Assembly (NCBI RefSeq): GCF_006345805.1
Contig: NC_043006.1
Span: 75,144,001 to 75,208,000 of the forward strand
Length of the DNA stretch: 64,000 bases
DNA from: Octopus sinensis
Taxonomy: Eukaryota
Direction of reading: 5' to 3'
Under the pieces are notes generated by a model, which had not been told where the DNA came from, ran no database searches, and saw nothing but the letters and a program-made list of their open reading frames with translations. Both the position numbers and the translations under genes were made by a program. This document shows, one piece after another, positions 25,002 to 36,361 of the stretch. Each line of letters starts with the position of its first letter. Within the stretch, counting starts at the first letter, position 1.

Positions 25002-26624
25002 GGTATTCATGTACAAGTTGGGAAACTGAGCGAAATAGAGTTACCCCTATGTGGCTTCCAGGAATGCTAGAAACAGCAAGCAAATTTCTGCCAGCTTACA
25101 TCCTACTATGTTAAAATGAAATGCATCTTGGAGTTACTTTTGTGCTTGAAAGACTAAATGAACTCAGAAAGGTCTTGGCTTGATTGCTTTTGGTTGTTGA
25201 TGTGCTTGATCAAAGATGACTTACTTGGGGCTAAATAACAACTAGAAAAAGACAGTGGGAACATGGTGAAGAATTAAATATAAAATTAAAGGTTCAGCAA
25301 AAGAAACTGATAAAACAAATACTGAACTTTGAAATATTAAGTACTGAGGTTAATTTGTTTGTATGTGTATGTGTGTTGTTTGTGTGTATGTGTGTGTGTG
25401 TTCGTGTTTGTCCCCACCCCCAGCTTGATATCGCTTGACAACTGATGCTGGTGTGTTTATGTTCCCATAACTTAGCAGTTCAACAAAAATAACTGATAGA
25501 ATAAGCACTTGGGCTTACAAAAAATAAGGTCTGGGATTGATTTCTTCGACTAACAACCTTTAAGGTGGTGCTCCAGCATGGCCGCAGTCAAATGAATGAA
25601 ACACATAGAAGACCATTAAATGTCAGCTGGTGTGCAAACGGATGTAAGAGGAGTTAGTTACAGAGTTGTTGTTGTTAACATTGTTATTTAACCCCCTTAT
25701 CAGCTCTGAAAGAAGAAACTACTCAAGCCATGCCTATCTGAGCGTCTCTTATTTTCAGACATAGGACACTCCAGGCACACTCCATTAGCCCTTCCTTTTA
25801 TTTTAAGACAGTAGGGTGTGGTTTGAGATTAGAATCAACCAGAGTGGGTTAATGACTACACAGAATCACCAGCATAGTTTGTAAAGGCCCACTCCTTTGT
25901 TAGCTTTGTTCATGACCCAGTTTTGATATCGGGTTCAGAAACCAGTTCACCTCACTACACTCCTTTCTCCTCGTTAATGGCACTTGATTAAGAAACACAC
26001 ATCATTGAAGTCACAGAATCTCATTCCCCTTCCTGTCCCTTCTATCAACTCATGGCCTCCTGTTGCAGTATAATATACAAGGCAGGCCGTTTAATTTTAA
26101 AGGAAAAATAAATGATAAAGAAATAAAAACTGCACGATTGTCATGTTGAAGAATTTCACTGATAATGATCACATTGATGACATTATATTCCCACATAGAC
26201 TTACCTCACCTTTGAAATTGATCATTAAAATTATCTGAAGTGCAATTGAGGAGAGATTCCAATGATGTTAGAAATATTTTAATGACTTTCTTAACCTACA
26301 TTCTCCAAAGAAAGCAGTTGAAGTGTTTTTCTTTTTTCTTTTTCTTTTTTGTTATCTTTTCAATTTCATTTTGTTGTTGGTCTTGGATAACAACTCTTCT
26401 TTCATTATAAATGTGTGTGTTTGTGTGTCTTCATGTATGTATGAATGTATGAATGAGTGTATAAATATACTCTATATGTATTATGTTAATATTTGTTTTT
26501 ATGTCAAGTTATATTTAAAAACAATTTAACCATAAACTGGATAATTTTTCACTACTTTTCAGTAAAGTACTTGTTTGTTAGACTTTTACAAGAGGGTGAC
26601 AGTGACTTCGAAGTTTCAGCCTAC

Positions 26625-26818
26625 TACATCATCATCATCATCATCGTTAGCGTCCGCTTTCCATGCTAGCATGGGTTGGACGGTTCAACTGGGGTGTGGG
26701 AAGCCAGAAGGCTGCACCAGGCCCAGTCTGATCTGGCAATGTTTCTATGACTGGATGCCCTTCCTAACGCCAACCACTCGGTGAGTGTAGAGGGTGCTTT
26801 TTATGTACCATCGGCACG
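26625..26818 (-). mobile_element. RTE LINE 3' end fragment
   Basis: (CAT)n followed by TTAGCGTCCGCTTTCCATGCTAGCATGGG. Confidence 0.8.
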
Positions 26819-26961
26819 TAAATAAATAGACATATATGTCTGTCTGTCATGGACTCTCCCGTTCTTAAATAAATAAATAAATAAATATATATGTAAATAA
26901 ATAAATATATATGTAAATAAATAAATATATATGTCTGTCTGTCATGGACTCTCCCATTCTT

Positions 26962-27250
26962 AGACAACATTTGAGAGAGTTTGGCAATTTCTTGCTGAAC
27001 AAGCGCACAGATAATTTGTTTATAGGGATCAAATGTTTGTGTACACATACGCTCACTCCCTCCTTTAAATCGACATTATCTGTATAGGTGCACTGTATGC
27101 CATATGGCAGATGACGAAATGATTGCAGAGCAATGTGAAATGAAGTGCTTTGTTCAAGAACACAACACAACATCTGGTCTGGGGATCGAACCCACGATGT
27201 TTCAGTTGTGTGTGTGCAACACCCTAACCACTAAGCCATAGGCTGTCACA
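26962..27250 (-). mobile_element. tRNA-derived SINE family G
   Basis: Head TGGCTTAGTGGTTAGGG...GGGTTCGATCCC, then CORE-like TGTGTTCTTGAACAAAGCACTT. Confidence 0.6.
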
Positions 27251-27553
27251 ATGTGTGTGTATGTATATATATTTATCATCATCATCATCATCATTATCAG
27301 TTAACGTCTGTTGTCCATGCTGGCATGGGTTGGACGGTTTGACGGGGGGCTGGCAAGCTGGAAGGCTGCATCAGACTCTAGTCTGTTTTGGCATGGTTTC
27401 TATTGCTGGATGCCCTTCTTAATGCCAACCGCTCTGAGAGTGTAATGGGTGCTTTTACGTGCCACTGGCACAGGTGCCATTTGCATGACACCAGTATCTG
27501 CCATGACTGCAGTTTTACATGGCCTGATGGGTCTTACTGTTCTATATTTAACC

Positions 27554-27783
27554 TATTTCTTTATTACCCACAAGGGGCTAAACACAGAGGGGGCAAACAA
27601 GGACAGACATAGGTATTAAGTCGATTACATCGACCCCAGTGCGTAACTGGTACTTAATTTATCGACCCTGAAAAGATGAAAGGCAAAGTCGACCTTGGCG
27701 GAATTTGAACTCACAACGTAACGCAGACGAAATACCGCTAAGCATTTTGCCCGGAGTGCTAACGTTTCTGCCAGCTCGCCGCC
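27554..27783 (-). mobile_element. Full-length SINE A1
   Basis: 14-bp TSD TTCTATATTTAACC (27540-27553 and 27785-27798). Confidence 0.9.
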
Positions 27784-27805
27784 TTTCTATATTTAACCAC
27801 TACGC

Positions 27806-28245
27806 CATATGCCCTCATTTATCACCTGGTTAACTATACGGGTGACTCGGCTGTAGCCGACACTGCCAGATATTTTGAGCATCTCTGCTGTGATACCAGA
27901 TGGGCCGGAGATTTTCTGTCTTCATACTCTTAATTGCTTTATCTACCAAGATACTGTGAATTCGGATAACTGGTCCCTCTGTTGGGTCAACATTCGGCAG
28001 ACTCTCTTACTCCCATTCATTCTCTTTATTGAGCAACCTTTCATAGTGGCATCTCCAAACCTCTCTCTTTGCAGCCTCGTTTAGTGCAAGTGAACCATCA
28101 TCCATGCAGACACATTTCTCTCCTACAACAGCACGATTCTCTCTCACACACTGTCTTGCAACACGAAATACTTCAAGTCTTTGGTCCTCACGGTGCAGAA
28201 CATTGGCAATTATTTTCTTATCTGCTTCCCCTCTGGCTAAATAAT
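27806..28245 (-). mobile_element. Older internal fragment of the RTE LINE (EN-RT linker)
   Basis: Diverged match to ~37860-38295. Confidence 0.85.
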
Positions 28246-28754
28246 GGAAAGTATATGTAAAATGATGATGATGATAATGATGACGATGACAATGATGATG
28301 ATGATGATAATGGTGACGATGATGATGATATATACATGTATGTGTGTGTGTTTGAGTAAGTGTGGTGTGTATGTGTGTGTGTGGGGTGTGTGTGTGTGTG
28401 TGTGCATGTGTGTGTGTATAGACATGTATGTGTATACTTTATTGTAGAAAATATATCTAATAACTTATATTTGAAGGAGTGAACTTTTATGAAATTATTA
28501 CACACACACACAAACAAGCACACACATATGTATGTATATATTATATTTTTATATTTATGGCATGTAGCAATGTTAAATTTAACTTTATGGTTATGAAGTT
28601 CACACACTGCCCTAATAATACTAGCTTTATTGCTAGCTTTTGTGCTGTATTAAAGAGGTAGCAGAGGAAAAGCAACACCATTTAAGTTGGTGCAATGATA
28701 AATGGTGCAGCAGAAGCATCAGGTTTTCATACACCAGAAACTTTGTTTGAATAC

Positions 28755-28883
28755 TTATAACAAAATGGACTCCACTGTAGTCATCTGAGCTTTAGGTAAA
28801 GGTGTTAAACCAGGTAATGGTTTTAGAAAAGGCTTAATGTCTTCGGAGAGGTACTGCTCAGTCACAGGCCAACAGTGAAGTTC
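28755..28883 (-). CDS. Candidate terminal coding exon of an unidentified host gene
   Basis: Acceptor ATTTTAG|GAA, phase-0 frame ELHCWPVTEQYLSEDIKPFLKPLPGLTPLPKAQMTTVESILL*, AATAAA ~125 nt downstream (28626-28631). Non-repetitive sequence; no homolog recognised. Confidence 0.35.
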   Translation of the reverse strand, partial: ELHCWPVTEQYLSEDIKPFLKPLPGLTPLPKAQMTTVESILL

Positions 28884-28914
28884 CTAAAATCTAAGCAGAG
28901 GTATTAATCTAAGT

Positions 28915-29190
28915 CAGTGCTAGACTGGCTCCTGTCTAGGTGGCACATAAAACACACCATTTGAGCATGGCTGTTGCCAGTGCCGCCTGACTGGCCCTTG
29001 TACCAGTGTTATTTAAAAGCACCCACTACACTCTCGGAGTGGTTGGTGTTAGGAAGGGCATCCAGCTGTAGAAACTTTGCCATATCAGATTGGAGCCTGG
29101 TGCAGCCATCTGGTTCGCCAATCCTCAGTCAAATCGTCCAACCCATGCTAGCATGGAAAGTGGACGTTAAACGATGATGATGATAATGAG
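28915..29190 (+). mobile_element. RTE LINE 3' end fragment
   Basis: Conserved tail ending TTAAAC(GAT)n. Confidence 0.8.
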
Positions 29191-30299
29191 TGCTTCCCAA
29201 ACTTATTCAGGTCCCACCTACCAGCACCTGGTTCACATTCCTAGTGTCCTCTCTCCACTCTTATAGTCATTTCAGTCGGGAACAATCCTGTCACTTTTAT
29301 CAGGATATCACTGAGAAATGAATTGCCTTGTACAAAGACACAATGCACTGTGTTGCCTGGTCTATGAATGGAACCCATGAGATTTATATCAGGAGTCTAA
29401 TAGTCTAACTACTTGTACATGCACCTTCTTGTCCTCTGATCAAGCATTTAAAAATTATTAACCACATGGTTTCAGGTTCAGTTCCACTGTGTGACACCTT
29501 GAGGGAGTGTCTTCTGCTATGGTACCTGGTCAACCATGTGAATGTATTTAGTAGATAGAAACCGTGTGGAAGCCTGAAGTATGTGTGTACGCATTTGTGT
29601 TTGTAGGTCTTTGTGATTGTATTTTGCCCCCCCCCCCCCGAATGCTTGAGAACTGCTGTTGGTTTGTTTACATCCCTGTAATTTAATGGTTTGACCAAAG
29701 CGACCAATCAAACAAGTGACAGGCTTGTGTGTGTGTGTATATGTTTGTGTGCCTGTGTATATGTTTGTGTGCCTGTGTATATGTTTGTGTGCCTGTGTTT
29801 GTCCCCGCCCAACGTCGCTTGATAACCGATGCTGGTGTGTATATGTCCCCATAACTTAGCGGTTCGGCAAAAAAGTCTGATAGAATAAGTACTAGGCTTA
29901 CAAAGAATAAGTCCTGGGGTTGATTTGCTTGACTAAAAGCGGTGCTCCAGCATGGCCACAGTTGAATGACTGAAACAAGTTAAAGAGTAAAAGAGTAAGT
30001 ATGTATGCCAACAGAAGTTGACATTTTAGATTTACAAAAAGCCAGGAAAGAAATGGCGGTTAGCTCTGGACGTAGCTGACCAAATATACATTAAAACAAC
30101 TGTTTTTATTTATTTATCAAACATTGTTTTCTATTCCTTTGAAGTCTGTCTCTGTAAATGTGTGTTGTTGTTATTGTTGCTGTTTGTTTTGTCTGTTCTG
30201 AAATTGCTTTTTTTTGCATAAAATTTAAGGCAGTAATTTAGACTAATGTTTTTTACTCATTTGCTATGCTGCTGGAAGTGGATGGCGAAATAAAAACCA

Positions 30300-31035
30300 A
30301 CCCTAGAACTTATTCTTTGTAAGCCTAGTACTTATTCTATCAGACTCTTTTGCTGAACCGCTAAGTTATGGGGACATATACACACCAGCATCGGTTATCA
30401 AGTGGCGTTGGGTGGGACAAACACAGACACACAAACATATACACACACATCATCATCATCATCATCATCGTTTAGCGTCCGTTTTCCATGCTAGTATGGG
30501 TTGGACGGTTCTACTGGGGTCTGTGAAGCCAGAAGGCTTCATCAGGCCCAGTCAAATCTGGCAGTGTTTCTACGGCTGGATGCCCTTCCTAACGCCAACC
30601 ACTCCGTGAGTGTAGTGGGTGCTTTTTACGTGCCACCCGCACTGGTGCCAGACAGAGCTGGCAAACGGCCACGAACGGATGGTGCTTTTTATGTGCCACC
30701 GGCACGAGGGCCAGGCGAGGCTGGCAACGGACACGAAACGGGGCGGTGCTGGCAACGGTCGCGAAACGGAAAGTTCTCTTACATGCCACCGGCACTGGTA
30801 ACACATCTGCAATTTCCATTGATCGATTTCCATTGATCGATTTCGATTCTGATCGTACATATATATATATACATATGACGGGCTTCTTTCAGTTTCTGTC
30901 TACCAAATCCACTCACAAGGCTTTGGTCGGCCCGAGGCTATAAAAGAAGACACTTGCCCAAGGTGCCCCTCAGTGGAACTGAACCTGGAACCATGTGGTT
31001 AGTAAGCAAGCTACTTACCACACAGCCACTCCTAC
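30300..31035 (-). mobile_element. SINE family B interrupted by a nested RTE 3' end
   Basis: The two family B halves resume on either side of 30448-30854. Confidence 0.85.
30448..30854 (-). mobile_element. Young 5'-truncated RTE copy
   Basis: Near-identical to 35765-36153. Confidence 0.95.
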
Positions 31036-32422
31036 GCTTATTTTTTTTTAAGCCTGGCACTTGTTCGATTGGTCACTTTGGTCAAACCATTAAATTACAG
31101 GGATGTAAACAAACCAACAATGTTGGGCAAAATTCTTTGTGGTGTTTGTTCTGGACCTATCTATATGTTCTTGGATCACATCCCACTAAGGTCAGCTTTG
31201 CTTTGGAATGAGACAATTGGGAGCAGCTGTTTGGTCGCAGCTGTTTTGGCGCAGCTGTTTGGATGTTGGGGAATTGGCTTGGTTGACTGGACATTCTGTC
31301 AGTTTTGGTGATGGTACTTTTAGGCACTGGTGGAAAATACAAACATGCAAATAGGGAGAGTGCACGGGAGAGAAAGAGAGAGAGGAGTAAAGAGTAAGTG
31401 GGAGGGAGAGAGAGACATTAGACATACAAACATCTAGATTATTACATATAAAAAAAGAAAAGGAGAGAGGGTAGAGGGGAGAGAGAGGCACCTTCTCACT
31501 TCTCCTCCTCCTCTCATGCTTTCTTCATTCCACTGTCCTCCCCCTCCCCTTCCTCCTCCCCTCCCCCTCCTCATCATCATCATCATTCCTCTTCCTCATT
31601 TTCACTTTCTCTTCCTCATTCCCACCTTCTCCTCACTTTCGTCTCCTCCTCCCACTTTCTCTTCCTTCTCTGCATTCCCACTTTGTCCTCCGCTCTCTCC
31701 CTTCCTCTCTCTCTCTGTCTCTCCCTTTTTCTCTCTCCCTCTCTCTCCCCCCTCCCTCAAAATTGCTGGCATTGTACCTAAATCTGAAAACCATTGTTGA
31801 TTCATTTGCGATACCACATCATATTGTAAATCTCGAACCTCGTAATTCCCATTCTATTCAAACAAACTAAATCCACAACCGTTTCTCTAGCTTTCACATC
31901 GTTCGTACATTCCCCTACTCAACCAAATGACTAACACTGTTTCTTTCCCTACTAAAGCACTAAATCCATTAGTACCATATCTTTAACAAACAATACAGAA
32001 TAGAAATCTGGGCCGTTTTTTCTCCTCCACCCTCCCCAATTTTTCGTTTTTTTTGTTTTTTTTCCCATTACCTCACGTCAAATATAACGGTGTCACTTAA
32101 CTATACATTGCCTGTCCTTAACTTAAAATCACTTCAGAGACATTTCCCATATTCAATTGAAAATCTGTATTTGAAAGCAGTTCTGATAAAACATCCATTA
32201 TAGTCTTTTAGTCGCTTCCACCGAGTACAAGTAGGTGCAGATATTATTTATACAGTACTTCTGTAAACTCTTTTTGCTGATGTTTCATTCATTTCTGCCA
32301 TTTTTCTTAACACATTCGGGAATTTCATTTGGGAATAACATTTTTGTTAACATCTATTTTTTCCCTTGTGTTTCTGAATTTATATTTTACTCTTTTCTTC
32401 ATTACCTATATAATCTGTCTCA

Positions 32423-32655
32423 AAGGCAGCGAGCTGGCAGAATCGTTAGCACGCCGGGTGAAATGCTTAGTAGTATTTCATCTGCCGCTACGTTCTAAGT
32501 TCAAATTCCGCCGAGGTCGACTTTGCCTTTCATCCTTTCGGGGTTGATAAATAAAGTACCAGTTACGCACTGGGGTTGATGTAATCGACTTAATCCGTTT
32601 GTCTGTCTTTGTTTGTCCCCTCTATATTTAGCCCCTTGTGGGTAATAAAGAAATA
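32423..32655 (+). mobile_element. Full-length SINE A1
   Basis: 16-bp TSD TATATAATCTGTCTCA (32407-32422 and 32656-32671). Confidence 0.9.
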
Positions 32656-32714
32656 TATATAATCTGTCTCAGCTGATAACCATTGGTTTGCAGATTAAGG
32701 TGGCAGTTCCTACT

Positions 32715-32918
32715 CTCTTTCTCTTTACTCTTTTACTTGTTTCAGTCATTTGGCTGCGGCCATGCTGAGCACCACCTTTAGTTGAACAAATCACCCTTTG
32801 TAAGCCTAGTACTTATTCTATCGGTCTCTATTGCCAAAATGCTAAGTTACGGGGACATAAACACACCAGCATTGGTTGTCAAGCGATGTTGCGGTGACAA
32901 ACACAGACACACACATGC

Positions 32919-32958
<40 letters not shown>

Positions 32959-33130
32959 GCATATATACGATGGGCTTCTTTCAGTTTCTGTCTACCAAAT
33001 CCACTCATAAGGGTTTGGTCAGCCTGAGGCTATAGTAGAAGACATTTGCCCAAGGTGCCACATAGTGGGACTGAACCTGGAACCATGTGGTTGATAAGCA
33101 AGCTACTTACCACACAGCCACTCCTATGCC
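32715..33130 (-). mobile_element. Full-length SINE family B
   Basis: Reverse-complement match to family B. Confidence 0.85.
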
Positions 33131-33734
33131 TCTGTACTTCTTTTTTTTTTTTTTGATTTTGACCTGGTTAATGTTAGCTGCCAAATTTTTCCCGAACCCT
33201 ACCCACTGAATAATTTTCTTCTATTTGTTTTCTTCATCTTCTAATTTTTTCCATTCTGTTTCTTTTCCTGAAATGGAGATCACATGCAGCCATTGTAAAT
33301 CTTTAATCGGCTGCTGAAGTTTAATCTCAAGCAACAAACATGCTGAATGTCTTAACCTGCTGATAACAGGACTTCTGGATTGCTGCTAACAATTTAATTG
33401 ATTCTGTCTTTTCCAGAAGCTTGTTCTGAGTCATGCTTTTATAGACTTTTACTTTATAGACTTTTACTTTATAGACTTTTACTTTATAGACTTTTACTTG
33501 TTGCTGTCATTTGACTGTGGCCATGCTACAGCAATGTCTTGAAGTGTTTAGTTATTATAATTGACCTTAGAGCTTTTAATTTCCAAAGCTTGTACTTATT
33601 TTATCATTTGCTATTTGCTGAACTGCTAATTTAGACAACAACTAGTTGTCAAATGGTGCGAGACAAATATTTTCACAAAGACCTCTGGGCACATATAAAT
33701 ATATAATAGATGATGATGATGATGATGATGATGA

Positions 33735-33775
<41 letters not shown>

Positions 33776-34789
33776 CACACACACATACATACATGTATGT
33801 ATGCATGGGTGTATGTATGTTTTTATATTCTTTTATTCTTTTCTTTTACTTGTCTCAGTCATTTGATTGCGGCCATGATGGAGCACCACCATAAGGGGTT
33901 TTAGTTGAACAAGTCAATCCCAGTACTTATTCTTTGTGAGTATAGTACTTATTCTATCAGTCTCTTTTGCTGAACTGCTAAGTTATGGGGATGTAAACGC
34001 ACCAAAATTGGTTGTCAAGCAATGGGGAGGGGCAAACACAAACTCACAGATATATACATATCTGTGTGTATATATATATATATATATTATATATATATAT
34101 AGACATACACGACAGGCTTCCTTCAGTTTCTGTCTACCAAATCCACTCACAAGGCCTTGGTTGGCCTGAGGCTATAGTAGAAGACACTTGCCCAAGGTGC
34201 CATATATATGAATGTGGGTTATAAATATTTACATCTTTCTGTTTGTCTGTCTGTCTAATATATAAATGTTGTATGTCATATGTATAAATATCTACTATAA
34301 TAATATTCTTGTGTTTTTCTCCATCACAACATATGAATGAGAAATGAAGGGGCGATAGATGAATAAGGAAGGAAGGGGTGATACCAAACTGGAAGTGGGA
34401 TTGTGAACATTCAACGCTGAAAAGAAAAATCAAATAGCATTTCAACTCTGTGTGAGTATATGTGTGTATGTATTTGTGTGTGTACGTGTACAAGGAAAGT
34501 ATGTGAATGTTTGAATGTGAAACAGTGTTCTTTCAGTAACAAACGATGATTGATGTCACATCTCAAAAGACAACCACTAGATAACATTGACAAGTTAATT
34601 AATTTGATTTACCATCCATATTTATATATAAAATACTACAAGTAGACATCATGTTTGATGGCATGGGGGCCAGCTGCTATAATGCATGTGCTCTGGGTGC
34701 ACTGAATCTCATAGCTGAAACAGCTGTAAGCTAATGAGGTTTATTTTGTAATTCCTGTTTTCTTATCATTCCATTAATTTCATATTACA

Positions 34790-34989
34790 TTCTTTTACTC
34801 TTTCAGTCATTTGACTGTGGCCATGCTGGAGCACTGCCTTTAGTCGAGCAAATCTATCCCAGGACTTATTCTTTGTAAGCCTAGTACTTATTCTATCAGT
34901 CTCTTTTGCCGAACCGTGAAGTTACGAGGACGTAAACACACCAGCATCAGTTGTCAAGCAATGTTGGGAGGACAAACACAGACACACAA

Positions 34990-35045
<56 letters not shown>

Positions 35046-35215
35046 ACACACACACACACACACATACTCACATACATATATATACATATACACGACGGGC
35101 TTCTTTCAGTTTCTGTCTACCAAATCCACTCACAAGGCTTTGGTGCCACGCAGTGGGATTGAACCCAGAACCATGTGGTTCGTAAGCAAGCTACTTACCA
35201 CACAGCCACTCCTAC
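34790..35215 (-). mobile_element. SINE family B
   Basis: Reverse-complement match with a small internal deletion. Confidence 0.85.
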
Positions 35216-35223
35216 ATCTGTAC

Positions 35224-35256
<33 letters not shown>

Positions 35257-36361
35257 TTAAGTCACAATGTATGGATTCAAGTAATCTGATAGTACTCATA
35301 AAAAAGGCTCCTTAATTATATCATTCTACCAACCATATAGAATATATAGTAATTTACAAGAGAAAAAGATAAACAGTGTATAGAGTCATAAATGGCAGTG
35401 GAATGTTTAACAAAAGAAAAATCCAAATATCACAACCAATTTGTCTTGTAACTCAAAGACATGCGAATAACTTATATTATCATATTTGATAGTAAATAAA
35501 TTCCTTACATGTTTATTACATTATTTAACAAAGACTTCCTTTCACCTGACGACGTGCCTCAAATTCTGTTTTAATTTGAACGAATTTTTTTGCATTTTGC
35601 AATCATGCAGACATATAAGCAATTTATTTATTATTTAATATAATAAATAATAAATAAATTGCATGTTTTTGAGTTACGAAACAAATTTGTCATGATATAT
35701 TGGGATTTTTCTTTTGTTAAATAAAAGTTCATCTAAATATTTCTGTTATTTATGACAATATATATCATCATCATCATCATCATCATTTAGCGTCCGTTTT
35801 CCATGCTAGCATGGGTTGGACGGTTCTACTGGGGTCTGTGAAGCCAGAAGGCTTCATCAGGCCCAGTCAAATCTGGCAGTGTTTCTACGGCTGGATGCCC
35901 TTCCTAACGCCAACCACTCCGTGAGTGTAGTGGGTGCTTTTTACGTGCCACCCGCACTGGTGCCAGACAGAGCTGGCAAACGGCCACGAACGGATGGTGC
36001 TTTTTATGTGCCACCGGCACGAGGGCCAGGCGAGGCTGGCAACGGACACGAAACGGGGCGGTGCTGGCAACGGTCGCGAAACGGAAAGTTCTCTTACATG
36101 CCACCGGCACTGGTAACACATCTGCAATTTCCATTGATCGATTTCGATTCTGATCCTCACTTGCCTCAATGGGTCTTCACAAGCAGAGTTTCGACATGCC
36201 ACCGGCACTGGTAGCACATCCGCAATTTCCATTGATCGATTTCGATTCTGATCCTCACTTGCCTCAACACGTCTTCACAAGTAGAGTTTTGTGTCCCAAG
36301 AAGGGAAGGTATGCATACGTAGGCTGGCTCCATCCCATGTAGAAGGCCACGGGTTGTGGAC

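Noticed and set aside
30520-30552. CTGATGA-AGCC-TTCT-GGCT in the RTE 3' UTR as a hammerhead
   Set aside because: Followed by TCAC rather than GAAA, with no stems I or III; other copies do not keep CTGATGA.
31220-31265. Cluster of three CAGCTG E-boxes
   Set aside because: Resembles decayed GCCGTTTTGGCGC-type subterminal repeats of a DNA transposon relic.
34646-34725. Possible plus-strand exon DIMFDGMGASCYNACALGALNLIAETA with GTAAGC donor
   Set aside because: Poor acceptor and no recognised homolog; needs RNA-seq.
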